A stretch of DNA of 64,000 bases from Candidatus Nanoarchaeia archaeon (GTDB lineage Archaea > Nanobdellota > Nanobdellia > SCGC-AAA011-G17 > GW2011-AR18): contig DATDVT010000045.1 of the NCBI GenBank assembly GCA_035289905.1, forward strand, positions 132 to 64,131, given 5' to 3'. Position numbers and translations under genes: made by a program. Below are positions 49,772-60,269 of the stretch, piece after piece (the first letter of the stretch is position 1; the number at the start of each line of letters is the position of its first letter). Below the pieces are notes generated by a model. That model did no database searches. It was given only the letters and a program-made list of their open reading frames with translations, and was not told the origin of the DNA.

Positions 49772-50855
49772 TCTTCTGGATTATATAATTAACTTCCTCG
49801 TCAGTTAACCAAGCATGAATAGGTAATGAAATCACTTCTTTTTTAATTTTATTTATTACATTTAAACCTTCAGCTCTAAAAATAAAATTTTCAAAAAGTT
49901 TATTTTCTAGCAAGGCTTTATCATAATGAATCATACACCCTATATTATTTTCAATTAACCATTTTTTTAAATCATTTCTTTTCTCGGTTCTCATTACAAA
50001 TTTATGATAAACATGTCTTGTTTCTCTTCGATTTAATGGCATTTTCAATTGCGAAATGTTAGATAATCCCCTAAAATACATATCTGCTATTTCTCTATGC
50101 CTTCCAATCCAAAAATTCAAATTATCTAAATTAAAGCTTAAGATCGCTGCTTGTGCAGAAGATATTCTTGAATTAAATCCTAAAATTTCAAATTCTCCTA
50201 TTTTGTTCTTCCCATGATATCTTAATTTACAAAGAGTTTCATAAAAATCAAAATCATCTGTAAGAATTATTCCACCATTGCTTTGAGCAGATAATATTTT
50301 AGTTGGATCAAAACTTATACAACTACACAAACCTAAACTACCTACTTTTCTATCATTATATTTACTCCCAATTGATTGAGCTGCATCCTCAATAATAGTT
50401 AACCCATATTTTTTTCCAATTGCTTCTAATTCAACGATATTCAATGCATCTCCAAAAATATCAACCGCTAAAATAAATCTGGTTTTATCAGTAATTTTAT
50501 TTTCTAAATCCTTTGAATCCATCATATAAGTTTTAGGATCAATATCAACAAAAACAGGACTACCTCCCGCCCTTAAAATGCAAGTAACCGAAGCTATAAA
50601 CGAGAAACCTGTAAGTAATACTTCATCATCTTTTTTTATACCTGCTGTTAAAAAAGAAAAGTACAAAGCATCAGTACAACTACCTACTGCCACCCCATAC
50701 TTTCTATCGCAATATTTAGCAATTTTTTTCTCAAAATCATCTACTTCAGGGCCCATAACCACTTTACCATGTAAATACACTTTTTCTATGATCTTTAAGA
50801 TTTGATCTTTATTATCTTGATAATATCTTTCTTTTCCAAAAAAAGGAATTTTCAC
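49746..50855 (-). CDS. DegT/DnrJ/EryC1/StrS aminotransferase
   Basis: GSCTDAL, EDAAQSIG, SFDPTKIL, RYHG, GFNSRIS..QAA. Confidence 0.9.
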   Translation of the reverse strand: MKIPFFGKERYYQDNKDQILKIIEKVYLHGKVVMGPEVDDFEKKIAKYCDRKYGVAVGSCTDALYFSFLTAGIKKDDEVLLTGFSFIASVTCILRAGGSPVFVDIDPKTYMMDSKDLENKITDKTRFILAVDIFGDALNIVELEAIGKKYGLTIIEDAAQSIGSKYNDRKVGSLGLCSCISFDPTKILSAQSNGGIILTDDFDFYETLCKLRYHGKNKIGEFEILGFNSRISSAQAAILSFNLDNLNFWIGRHREIADMYFRGLSNISQLKMPLNRRETRHVYHKFVMRTEKRNDLKKWLIENNIGCMIHYDKALLENKLFENFIFRAEGLNVINKIKKEVISLPIHAWLTDEEVNYIIQKIKEFYQKP

Positions 50856-51484
50856 AATTTTCCCTCCCTTGCTTTTGCTGGTACACCGAAAACAACTGAA
50901 TCATCAGGTATATCCTTCAACACAAGTGAACCTGCACCAATAATAACTCTTTTCCCTATTTTAACCTTTGGAATAATAACAGATCCTGTATAAACATAAC
51001 TTTCCTCACCGATTTTTACATTGCCTGCTGTTGAAACCATAGGAGCAATATTAACAAAATCACCAAGTTCATTATCATGCTCAATTACTGAACCGGAATG
51101 GATTATTACGTGTTTACCTATATTCACATTAGGCAAAATTGTGACATTGGGATTAATTATTGTTCCCTCCCCTATATCTACAAATGAAGAAATATAAGCA
51201 TTTTTACTAATAATTGTTGCAAATTTATATCCTTTTGCCTCTAATCTAATTACAATCTCTTTTTTAATTTGATTATTCCCATAAGCAACAATAACTTCTC
51301 CATCTAAATTATTAACTAAATTTTCAAAATCTTCTATGAAATAAATTACCTTTACACCATTAATTATTTTTCCAATATGTTCTCTACTTAAGATATCAAT
51401 TAAACCCTGAATATGATAATCTTTACAAATTTCTATAATATATTTTGCCTGCGCACCAGTACCGATTATATACAAATTTCTCAT
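50852..51484 (-). CDS. PglD/NeuD-type sugar acetyltransferase
   Basis: N-terminal IIGTGAQ Rossmann-like domain, AYGNN, IEHD, hexapeptide repeats, GAGSLV..D...GVPA. Confidence 0.88.
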   Translation of the reverse strand: MRNLYIIGTGAQAKYIIEICKDYHIQGLIDILSREHIGKIINGVKVIYFIEDFENLVNNLDGEVIVAYGNNQIKKEIVIRLEAKGYKFATIISKNAYISSFVDIGEGTIINPNVTILPNVNIGKHVIIHSGSVIEHDNELGDFVNIAPMVSTAGNVKIGEESYVYTGSVIIPKVKIGKRVIIGAGSLVLKDIPDDSVVFGVPAKAREGKL

Positions 51485-51520
51485 TTTATTTATTCCAATT
51501 AAAATACATATTTTTCTACA

Positions 51521-52534
51521 CTACCTTTTATTTGAATTTAATAAAGTACTCTTAACAAATTCAATATACTCTTTCATACCATCCTCCAAAGAATATTTAG
51601 GTTCATATCCTAAAAGATTCTTCGCCTTAGAAATATTTAATGTACCCCTGTTAGGTCTATAAACACTAACATTTTTAATAACTAATTTACATCCAGGATC
51701 TGGATTTAATTTCATTAATATCTCAGCAAGCTCCTTAATTGTTCTTCCTTCTCCTCTTGTTATATTAAAAGTTTGGCCTAAGGCTTTTTTAGATGTAGAC
51801 GCTAATATTAAACCTTGTATCAAATCCTTAACATACGTAAAATCTAATTGATGTAAACCACCATTATCCAAAACAAATTCTCCACCTGTTAAAGAATCCA
51901 TAAGAAATAGTTCTGTAACTCTTCTATTGCTATCAGTGGGACCATAAACTGCTGAAGGCCTTATTATAACAAAAGGCAAACCAAATCTTTGATTATAAAC
52001 CTTAACTAATGTTTCGCCACATAACTTCATCCCACCATAAATACATTTTGGATTACATTCCCAACTTTCTACAGCAGGTAAAATACTCCCTAAGCTATCT
52101 CTTTTAAAATCTCCATAAACCATTGAAGAAGAGATATAAATAAACCTATTAATTTTATAACTTAAGTTTCTAATTACATCTATTAAGGTCATTGTCGCCA
52201 TAAAAAGGTCATGAAAAGCCTCTTCAGGATGAGTATGAGAAACATTTGCAATTGATAATCCTGCTAAATGAAACATAATTTCAGGCCTATATTTCTCTAA
52301 CGTTTCCTTAAGTAAACCTCTACTATTCACATCCCCTCGTACCCTTATTAATCTAGAATTTTGTAGGCATTTAACCCTATAATTTTGATAGAAACACCAA
52401 TTACTTTCAGTCAATGGAATAACATGTTTTAAAACATCATAACTTATTACAATATTTTCTTGATTTTTTAATAATTCAGTACACAAATGATACCCTATAA
52501 AACCTTCACCACCAGTAACAAAATATGTAGTCAT
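51521..52534 (-). CDS. NAD-dependent nucleotide-sugar epimerase/dehydratase
   Basis: VTGGEGFIG, SSSMVYG, YGGMK, RPSAVYGP, DFTYVKD. Confidence 0.9.
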   Translation of the reverse strand: MTTYFVTGGEGFIGYHLCTELLKNQENIVISYDVLKHVIPLTESNWCFYQNYRVKCLQNSRLIRVRGDVNSRGLLKETLEKYRPEIMFHLAGLSIANVSHTHPEEAFHDLFMATMTLIDVIRNLSYKINRFIYISSSMVYGDFKRDSLGSILPAVESWECNPKCIYGGMKLCGETLVKVYNQRFGLPFVIIRPSAVYGPTDSNRRVTELFLMDSLTGGEFVLDNGGLHQLDFTYVKDLIQGLILASTSKKALGQTFNITRGEGRTIKELAEILMKLNPDPGCKLVIKNVSVYRPNRGTLNISKAKNLLGYEPKYSLEDGMKEYIEFVKSTLLNSNKR

Positions 52535-52569
52535 GAAAATGACCAACAAAGAGTGATATATAAATTTTC

Positions 52570-53331
52570 TTATAATTTTTTATTAGCTAAAAAAATATAA
52601 TGGGCAAACAAATAACCATTTAAATAACTAAAGGGAAATAGATTAATTAATTTATATTTTAGATTATATTCTGGAATAATTGATAAAAATTTGATACTGA
52701 AACCGCTTTTTTCAAAAAAATTTGTCCATTCACTTTTGGTATATATCTTTTCAGTAACACCTAAAGATCTTTCATGTAAACCAAAATTTTTTCTTGAACT
52801 TGGTCTAAATAATGGAATTATTGGCTCCCTAATAGCAACCAATCTTCCATCTTTCTTTAAGACTTTTTTTATTTCTTTTAATGCGGTATTCATATCATCA
52901 ATATGATGTAAAGCGGCGTCTACAACAACCATATCAAAAGAAGCTTCAGGAAAATCTAAATTATAAAAATCCCCTACAATTCGTTTCATTTTATTCTTAT
53001 TGGCTTTGAATAAATCCATAACCTTTGGAACTATTTCTATCATTAATTTTTCTGAGAAATCTAAACAATATACCTGTTCAACAGAATCTAATTTTGATAG
53101 CTGACAACTAAACCAACTAGATCCTGCACCTATTTCTAAAATTTTACCAGAAAATTCTAACTTTTTAATTATTTTCTTCAAATAATCAACCCTTCCATCT
53201 TGCAATCTTACACACCATTTTTCAAAAGTATCATATTCCTCTTCTTTTTGTTGTATATTCTCTCTGTACTCTAATTCTTTTTTATTATATTTAGAAGATA
53301 AATTTAATTTTACAATACCAGAAGCTTTCAT
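52570..53331 (-). CDS. Class I SAM-dependent methyltransferase
   Basis: ILEIGAGS, LDFS, VGDF, FDMV....ALHH, LKKDG. Confidence 0.88.
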   Translation of the reverse strand: MKASGIVKLNLSSKYNKKELEYRENIQQKEEEYDTFEKWCVRLQDGRVDYLKKIIKKLEFSGKILEIGAGSSWFSCQLSKLDSVEQVYCLDFSEKLMIEIVPKVMDLFKANKNKMKRIVGDFYNLDFPEASFDMVVVDAALHHIDDMNTALKEIKKVLKKDGRLVAIREPIIPLFRPSSRKNFGLHERSLGVTEKIYTKSEWTNFFEKSGFSIKFLSIIPEYNLKYKLINLFPFSYLNGYLFAHYIFLANKKL

Positions 53332-53404
53332 ATAAATTTAATAAATGGTTAGCTTATAAAACTTTTCAATAAATCATTTAAATAAGCTCTTTCTAAATAA
53401 AATT

Positions 53405-54865
53405 ATGAAATTTGCTTTAATATCTCTACAACAAAATACAACTGATCCCCCTCTGGGGTTAGCTTATTTATCTGCATATCTTAAAAAATATAGTAAGAAT
53501 AATGAAATAAAAATAATTGATAAAGAAGATATTTTAGAAAATATAAAAAACAATAATTACGATTTAATTGGGATTAGTGCAATGACTACTGATTTCAAAA
53601 GAGCTAACTCATATGCAAAAGAAATTAAAAAAATCTCAAAGGCTAAATTGATTATAGGTGGGGTGCATATTACAATAATGCCACATCATCTAGAAGAATC
53701 TGAATTTGATATTGGGATTATCGGTGAGGGAGAAAAAACAATTTTAGAACTAATAAATCTGTTTAATAGAGATAATGAACTAACTGAAGATAATTTAAAA
53801 AATATCAAAGGCTTAATTTTCAAAACAAAGAACTATATGTATACAACCCCACCCAGAGAACTAATCACAAATTTAGACGAAATTCCTTATCCAGATAGAA
53901 ATTCTTTGAAAATGAAAGAAATCTATTTATTGCCTCAGATTAAAGCTGGAAGTGACAATATCGGAATCTTTACAACAATATTTACTTCTAGGGGTTGTCC
54001 ATATAACTGTCCATTTTGTTCCTCAAGTAGCTATTGGAATAAAAAAATTAGATTTCATTCAGCAAATTATGTCATAAATGAAATTGAATTATTATATAAA
54101 AAATATAAAGTAGAAGGCATTCATATTTCAGATGATTTATTCATTGCCGATAAAAAGCGTGTTAAAGAAATTGCAAATAAATTAGAAGAAAACGGACTAA
54201 ATAAAAAAATTAGATTTAGCTTATTACTTAGATCTAATCTTGTGGATGAAGATTTAATTAAAGATCTTAAAAAAATGAACGTTACCCATGTTGGTTTTGG
54301 ATTCGAATCTGGGTCTACAAAAATATTAAAATATCTTAAAAAAAATACCTTAACCGTTGAAGATCATAAAAACGCTGTAAAATTATGCAAAAAATATAAT
54401 TTTCAACTAAGTGGTTCTTTTTTAATTGGTTGTCCAAACGAAACAAAAGAGGATATCTTAGAAACATTCAATTTCATAGAAGAACTAAACCTAAATCAGA
54501 TGAATGTAAATCAATTAATTCCTATGCCAAAAACAGATATATGGAATTATGCAAAAGAAGAAGGTTTAGTTAATGATTCTTTTGAATTTACTATAAAAAA
54601 TTTATCAGATTTATTTGTACATAATTATAATCCCTCCTTAAGATTATCTAAAGAGATTAAGGAGAGTGAATTCAAAGAATTATTCGATAAAATTCAAGAA
54701 AGAATAAAAAATAAAAAATCTAATAATTTTTCATTAAAATTAACTTATCTCAAATATCTTAAAAATCCTAGATTTATCTTAAAATTATTTAAAAGACGAA
54801 ATAGGATTTTATTCTTGTTAGGTATAAAGAAAAAAGATATAGAGTATAAAACAGAGAATAGTTAG
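53405..54865 (+). CDS. Cobalamin-binding radical SAM protein
   Basis: PPLGLAYL, GGVHIT, GEGE, TSRGCPYNCPFC, SDDLF, GFESG, FLIGCPNET. Confidence 0.9.
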   Translation: MKFALISLQQNTTDPPLGLAYLSAYLKKYSKNNEIKIIDKEDILENIKNNNYDLIGISAMTTDFKRANSYAKEIKKISKAKLIIGGVHITIMPHHLEESEFDIGIIGEGEKTILELINLFNRDNELTEDNLKNIKGLIFKTKNYMYTTPPRELITNLDEIPYPDRNSLKMKEIYLLPQIKAGSDNIGIFTTIFTSRGCPYNCPFCSSSSYWNKKIRFHSANYVINEIELLYKKYKVEGIHISDDLFIADKKRVKEIANKLEENGLNKKIRFSLLLRSNLVDEDLIKDLKKMNVTHVGFGFESGSTKILKYLKKNTLTVEDHKNAVKLCKKYNFQLSGSFLIGCPNETKEDILETFNFIEELNLNQMNVNQLIPMPKTDIWNYAKEEGLVNDSFEFTIKNLSDLFVHNYNPSLRLSKEIKESEFKELFDKIQERIKNKKSNNFSLKLTYLKYLKNPRFILKLFKRRNRILFLLGIKKKDIEYKTENS

Positions 54866-56370
54866 CCTTTCTTTAATTTCTTTTTAATCAAACTTAAAAT
54901 ATAAATATCGTTTTTGTCAAAAGAGCTAGTTATCAGTAATAAAATAAATACAGAAAATAAAAACAAAATTGAAAAAATTACAAGGAGATAGATATTGGAA
55001 ATCATTACATATTTTTTAATATTAAAAAATAAAACTGAAATAATTAAAGTAATAAATAATACTTTTAAATAAGAACCCTTGAATGGTGTTGCTTTCAAAC
55101 AAATATAACTTTGAATAAAATTCAATAATCCCCACAAAACAAGAACAAAGCTTGTAGATATTGCAGCTCCAATTATCCCATATTTAGGAATCAAAAGAAA
55201 ATTCAATACGCCATTAATTAGAAGAGCAATTATAGAATTATAGAAAATTAATTTTGACTTTTTAAAAATTAATAAAACATTTTGTGCCGGATGAAAGATT
55301 AAACTTATAAAAAAGCCAACCAATAAAATGATTAAAGCTAAATAACCAGAAGCATATTCAGCACCAAAGAATATTGATAAAACTTCTTTTGAGTATATAA
55401 TAAATAATGTAACAAGAACCAAATTAATTATAAATATCCATTTTGTTACTGTTTTATATAAATCAATAAATTCTTCTCTTTTGTTTCCTATATATAAGGC
55501 CATCAAAATCGGTAAAAATAAAGCAAGAATAGAAGAAGGTGCAGTAAACATAAGCTGTGCAGTTGGAGATGCAGCATTATAAATACCAACATCGGTTTCA
55601 GTTTTATAATGGCCTATCATAAACGTATCAAGAGATAAAGTTAAAGTAAAAAATAAACTAACAAAAACTAAAGGAAAAGAATATCTTAAAATATCTTTAA
55701 AAATTCCTTTTTTATCTATACTTACTTTATATTTTCTCAAAATAGTTTGTAATAAAAGATATCCAATTAACATGCTAATCACAATAGAAATAGTGTATGC
55801 TAAAGAGATTGCCAAAATTCCAAAACCAATTGAAACAAAAATAAAAGCAAGAATAACTTTGGAAAAAGGTTCTGCGATATTTTTAGTATAAACTTCATAT
55901 TTAGGGATTTGAAAAGCCCTAAATGAAGCATAAAACATCCTTGAAATAGTAACAAATGGAATTGTAATTGAAACTATCCTAATAATTGCACTTAACTTTT
56001 CTTGGTTTAAATTTGGAAAAAATTGCGCACAAATAAAATCTGAGAAGATAAATAATAATACAGAAACTAAAAATGCTAAAATAAAAGTAATTTTCATAGA
56101 AGTATAGATTACCATCTTAACTTTACTATAATCATTTTTTTCTTTAAAATAAGAAACATACCTTAAAACACCATGATCCAAACCAATAGTAATAAAAACA
56201 GAAATAAAAACAGTTAAAGAAACTCCCAATGTTAAAAGACCATAATCAGCCATTCCAGAACGTGCAGCAATAATTCTAAAAATATATGAAAACAATTTAG
56301 ATAAAAAAGATCCAATAAAAATTATACCTGTACCAATAGTCAAATTTTTTACAGAGTCTTCAGTGTTCAT
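54862..56370 (-). CDS. Oligosaccharide flippase (Wzx/RfbX, MOP superfamily)
   Basis: About 14 TMs; DYGLL, GLDHGVLRY, YSFP, DTFMIG, GIYNAA, LIPKYGIIGAA. Confidence 0.88.
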   Translation of the reverse strand: MNTEDSVKNLTIGTGIIFIGSFLSKLFSYIFRIIAARSGMADYGLLTLGVSLTVFISVFITIGLDHGVLRYVSYFKEKNDYSKVKMVIYTSMKITFILAFLVSVLLFIFSDFICAQFFPNLNQEKLSAIIRIVSITIPFVTISRMFYASFRAFQIPKYEVYTKNIAEPFSKVILAFIFVSIGFGILAISLAYTISIVISMLIGYLLLQTILRKYKVSIDKKGIFKDILRYSFPLVFVSLFFTLTLSLDTFMIGHYKTETDVGIYNAASPTAQLMFTAPSSILALFLPILMALYIGNKREEFIDLYKTVTKWIFIINLVLVTLFIIYSKEVLSIFFGAEYASGYLALIILLVGFFISLIFHPAQNVLLIFKKSKLIFYNSIIALLINGVLNFLLIPKYGIIGAAISTSFVLVLWGLLNFIQSYICLKATPFKGSYLKVLFITLIISVLFFNIKKYVMISNIYLLVIFSILFLFSVFILLLITSSFDKNDIYILSLIKKKLKKG

Positions 56371-56593
56371 CTTAAACTTAAAAATCAAAACTAATTAAAT
56401 GTTTCTTTTTTAAAATAGAATGTAATGAGTATTTGGAAAAATTTATTTAAAATGTTCATAATAGGATTTCTATAAATATTAACATTCTAATTTATCGATG
56501 CTTTTACTAACTCTTTTTAAAATATACTTCCATTAAATGCTTAGGTTTTCCATAAATAAGAATCAAAATTAAAAGTAAATAAAGCTTGCCCTG

Positions 56594-59233
56594 TTAAAAA
56601 CCTGGTAAAACTTTTTCTACACCTGGGTCAGGTAATTTAGTATCTCTCATCCATGGCTTGTCTATTTGATCAGCTGGATAATTAACCTTCCATATTTTAA
56701 TTGGCCCTATAGTTCCTCCTTGATAGATTATTAAAGGGACAGTATTTGAACCATCATATACTTTTTCAAAATAAGAATTAACTTCATCATATAGATATAG
56801 ATGCGCAAACAAAGATAATCTAACATCTTTAGAGAGATATAAACCAGCACCAACAGAATTACCACTTCCATCGGCATTAACTGAGGGTAGTATCCTTAAA
56901 CAACCTTCTAAACCTTCTCCATCAAAAGTAAATTCACGATCTTTTATAAAAATACAATTTAAAGGAATTTGATATAATTGATTATTATAAACAACATGTG
57001 CTAAAGGCTTACTAATGCTATTATTATCCAAAGTATCAGCACTTAAAGCTCCTTTATCAACAGGAACTTGAATACCAATAATCCCTGCTTGTGTTCTAGG
57101 AAACATAATACCTTGATAAAGAAAATCATCATCTAAAGCATATGATCCAGAATAAGTATACACCATAGAATTATTTAATTCAAAACTCTTAGAAAGATCT
57201 AAGTTAAAAACAGTGATCCAACTAAATCTATCATAATACTTATCAGCTCCTATAGAAGAGAAAGCAGGATATTTACCAATCTCATCACCAATCATAAGAA
57301 TATAACTTACATTATTGGCATATGTTAAATCTAAAGCATCAGTATAATTTTGGGCAGTCAATAAATATCTACCAACAAAATGGTTTATTGCGTATCTAGC
57401 ATTTCCACCATCACTAATTGTTGCTCTCTCTCCACCAACCTGAACCCAATATCCATAATCCCACCAATGTGCAAAAACAGCATTTTTAGGGGTATTCTCT
57501 CTAACCCATTGCATAGCAAATTGCCATTGAGCATTATAACTCGGTCCAGTAGCTGAAACCTCTGCTGCTGCAACGTTATACATATTCCACCATAGTGGTA
57601 CAAACAAAATCAAAATCAAAAGATAGACAACTTTTTTAACAATATCTATTTTTAACAAAGAAGCCTTCAAAAATAGAGTGTAAATGACATAACCTAAACC
57701 AATAACAACAATTGGAGCTAAAAACATAAGCAAACGTATAGCACTCCTAGCAGAAACAAAAGAGACTAACCCCCAAACTAAGAAAAATAAAATCCCAAAA
57801 TCAATCCTATTAAAATCATATATTTTATTTAAGATATCTCTCCGATAGACTCCATAAAATAGAACAAAGATAAGACTAGACAAAGATAAAAAATACAACC
57901 ACAAAGACTGAGAAGAAATTCCATTAAAAACAGAATCAGGACTATAACGACTGTATAATATTCCAACTAAAGCAAAGGCATAAAAAAAAGCGCAGATATA
58001 ACCTGTAATCTTATTTAGCTTTCTGAACTGTTCATAAACACAATAAATTAATCCAAAAAACAAAATATAAAAAACAAATCTATTAAGTTCACCAATTATA
58101 TCTCTTAGATAAGGTTGCTTAGACTCAGCAACAGTCAAAGCCCATCTTGTTTCACTAAAAGGAGAAACTAAACTAGAAAATAAGGTATTAAATAAAGATG
58201 ATAATCCATTAAAACCCCTAATTATAATAAAAAGAAAGAAAATAAAACAAAGACTAAAAATAAAAGACCAAAAAACATTAGGTAATTTTTTCTGATAATT
58301 CCCTAAAAAGTTAAACCGATTTTTATCTTTACTAACAAAATGAATTGTAGCCCCTAAAAAAACAAAAAAAATCGCTTGTGAAGGCAAGTCATTTAAAAAA
58401 GAAAGTATTTGAAATTTGTGTGGGGCACCTATAAAACGAACAAAATAAAATATTAAAAACCATAACCAACTACAATATAATAATTTTTTGTCTAATCTAT
58501 TCCATAAAGCTAAACATAAAAAATATAGGGTAAAGGCGTAAAGTAAAATTCCTATTCCACCCCAAACTGCACCCATTAATCCTAAAAATAAACCAGAAAT
58601 CCCAGCATATATTAAAGATTTTCTAAAGTTTTCTTCTTTGAAGTAACTAACAAAATAATACAAACTAATAAACATTAAAGTAAAAGCTAAAGCTTCCTTA
58701 TCTGAAAAACCTGAAAGAGTTCTATGTAAAAAAGATGGAATCACTGTTAAAAAAGCAGTAGCTATTAAAGCTATCCATTTATTAAATACCTTTCTAACTA
58801 ATAAAAAGAAAAAAATAGACCCTAAAGCAAAAGCGATTGGGGGATAAATCACATCTACGTATTCTATAGTAATATTAACACTAAAAAAATGTAAAATTTT
58901 ATATAAATATGCAATAAAATAAGAAAGTAATCCAAATTCTCCTGTAGGATTATAACCTATAGGAAAATATCTTGCCCAATCATATTGCATCATACTTCCA
59001 TGTTCAACAATATAACGAGCATACTTCAAAATAACAAAAGAATCTAACTCCATAGGAATATATTTATTTGTAGTTACATCAATTAATAACTTTAAATTTA
59101 GAGTTCTAATATAATAACCAAGACCAATAATAAAAGCTAAAATTCCATAAATAATCCAATCTATTTTATATTTACCTTTAGTAATATAATTTTTTATCTT
59201 TTTTATTCTCTCCTCAATAACCTCTTCGCCCAT
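56594..59233 (-). CDS. aglB: Oligosaccharyltransferase AglB (STT3 family)
   Basis: N-terminal multi-TM domain (ELDS, GFSDKE, TVAE), diagnostic AHWWDYGYW followed by DGGN. Confidence 0.95.
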   Translation of the reverse strand: MGEEVIEERIKKIKNYITKGKYKIDWIIYGILAFIIGLGYYIRTLNLKLLIDVTTNKYIPMELDSFVILKYARYIVEHGSMMQYDWARYFPIGYNPTGEFGLLSYFIAYLYKILHFFSVNITIEYVDVIYPPIAFALGSIFFFLLVRKVFNKWIALIATAFLTVIPSFLHRTLSGFSDKEALAFTLMFISLYYFVSYFKEENFRKSLIYAGISGLFLGLMGAVWGGIGILLYAFTLYFLCLALWNRLDKKLLYCSWLWFLIFYFVRFIGAPHKFQILSFLNDLPSQAIFFVFLGATIHFVSKDKNRFNFLGNYQKKLPNVFWSFIFSLCFIFFLFIIIRGFNGLSSLFNTLFSSLVSPFSETRWALTVAESKQPYLRDIIGELNRFVFYILFFGLIYCVYEQFRKLNKITGYICAFFYAFALVGILYSRYSPDSVFNGISSQSLWLYFLSLSSLIFVLFYGVYRRDILNKIYDFNRIDFGILFFLVWGLVSFVSARSAIRLLMFLAPIVVIGLGYVIYTLFLKASLLKIDIVKKVVYLLILILFVPLWWNMYNVAAAEVSATGPSYNAQWQFAMQWVRENTPKNAVFAHWWDYGYWVQVGGERATISDGGNARYAINHFVGRYLLTAQNYTDALDLTYANNVSYILMIGDEIGKYPAFSSIGADKYYDRFSWITVFNLDLSKSFELNNSMVYTYSGSYALDDDFLYQGIMFPRTQAGIIGIQVPVDKGALSADTLDNNSISKPLAHVVYNNQLYQIPLNCIFIKDREFTFDGEGLEGCLRILPSVNADGSGNSVGAGLYLSKDVRLSLFAHLYLYDEVNSYFEKVYDGSNTVPLIIYQGGTIGPIKIWKVNYPADQIDKPWMRDTKLPDPGVEKVLPGF

Positions 59234-59241
59234 CTTAACAC

Positions 59242-60114
59242 CTAAAATAATTGCGGGGTAATAAATACTTCTACTAAAGCACCCACCAATAATAAACCAA
59301 CCGCAATTAATAATAATACTAATGCATCAAACATTATATTCTTAAATTTTTTGGTGTTAGCGCCATGGTTTATAATACCAACAGAAATAATTCCACCTGC
59401 TAAACCTCCTATAAAATAAGCAACAATCTCAAATACACCGTGGACCATATATCTCATTAGACTTAGAGAAAAAATATGCAAATAAACAGCCACTTTATTA
59501 AAACCAAAAAAACCTGCATAATTCCCTAACAAATTTCTAAAATAGGTTCCCATAGCAGCTGAAATAACAGATGCATTCCAAGTTAAAATAAAAATAGAAC
59601 CAGCACCAAAGAAAAAGGCAAAAAATACACAAAAAATCAATACTTTAACATTATTACTCAATATACTTAAAAAAGTATCTAAGCCAAGTCCATAGTTTAT
59701 AGTACCAGCAGTCATTATTTTAATAACATTAGAATTAATTGATTCTATAGTAGCTAATTGTGTATTAAACATCATATTTACAGTATTTTGAGGCAAAAAA
59801 ATAAACCACATTGAAAAACTAACAACGAAACCTAAAAATAAACATGTTAAAAATAATATTGCTTTACTATGTTCTACAAGAATAGTTTTCTCAGAATCTT
59901 CTCTCCAATCTTCTTCTTCTTCTTCTTCTATAGTAGCATACATCAAAGGCACAGAAACAACAACGGTTAAAAAAACCATTATTAAAGAAGTCTGTGCTTT
60001 AAAAACCCATAAACTAAACAATACAGCCATACTTGAAAATAATAAACCTAAAAGAAATAACTTCAAAGGCTTTTGTTTGGCTGTTTGTGGATCAATTAAA
60101 GATTCTAAAACCAT
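59242..60114 (-). CDS. Stage II sporulation protein M-like (SpoIIM/DUF95) membrane protein
   Basis: NNVKV, ILTWNASV, HGVFEI.AY, ALVEVFITP. Confidence 0.82.
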   Translation of the reverse strand: MVLESLIDPQTAKQKPLKLFLLGLLFSSMAVLFSLWVFKAQTSLIMVFLTVVVSVPLMYATIEEEEEEDWREDSEKTILVEHSKAILFLTCLFLGFVVSFSMWFIFLPQNTVNMMFNTQLATIESINSNVIKIMTAGTINYGLGLDTFLSILSNNVKVLIFCVFFAFFFGAGSIFILTWNASVISAAMGTYFRNLLGNYAGFFGFNKVAVYLHIFSLSLMRYMVHGVFEIVAYFIGGLAGGIISVGIINHGANTKKFKNIMFDALVLLLIAVGLLLVGALVEVFITPQLF

Positions 60115-60269
60115 AATAACTAAATCTAAAATACTTATTTATAAAAGTTGTCTAAACTTTCCTAAATAGTTCTGAATCTGCCCAATACGTTAGGGGTAAG
60201 TATTCTTCTATAAGTTGGAATTCAATAACAAACAAAACATTTATAATAAAACAAATTAGAAATCAATCA

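Noticed and set aside
56389..56593. ~200-bp gap between aglB and the flippase as a possible ncRNA or gene remnant
   Set aside because: AT-rich with no stable stem, and the stop-riddled translation matches nothing I can identify
59909..59929. (TTC)n microsatellite
   Set aside because: Simply encodes the poly-Glu stretch of the SpoIIM-like protein; triplet unit, so no frame effect
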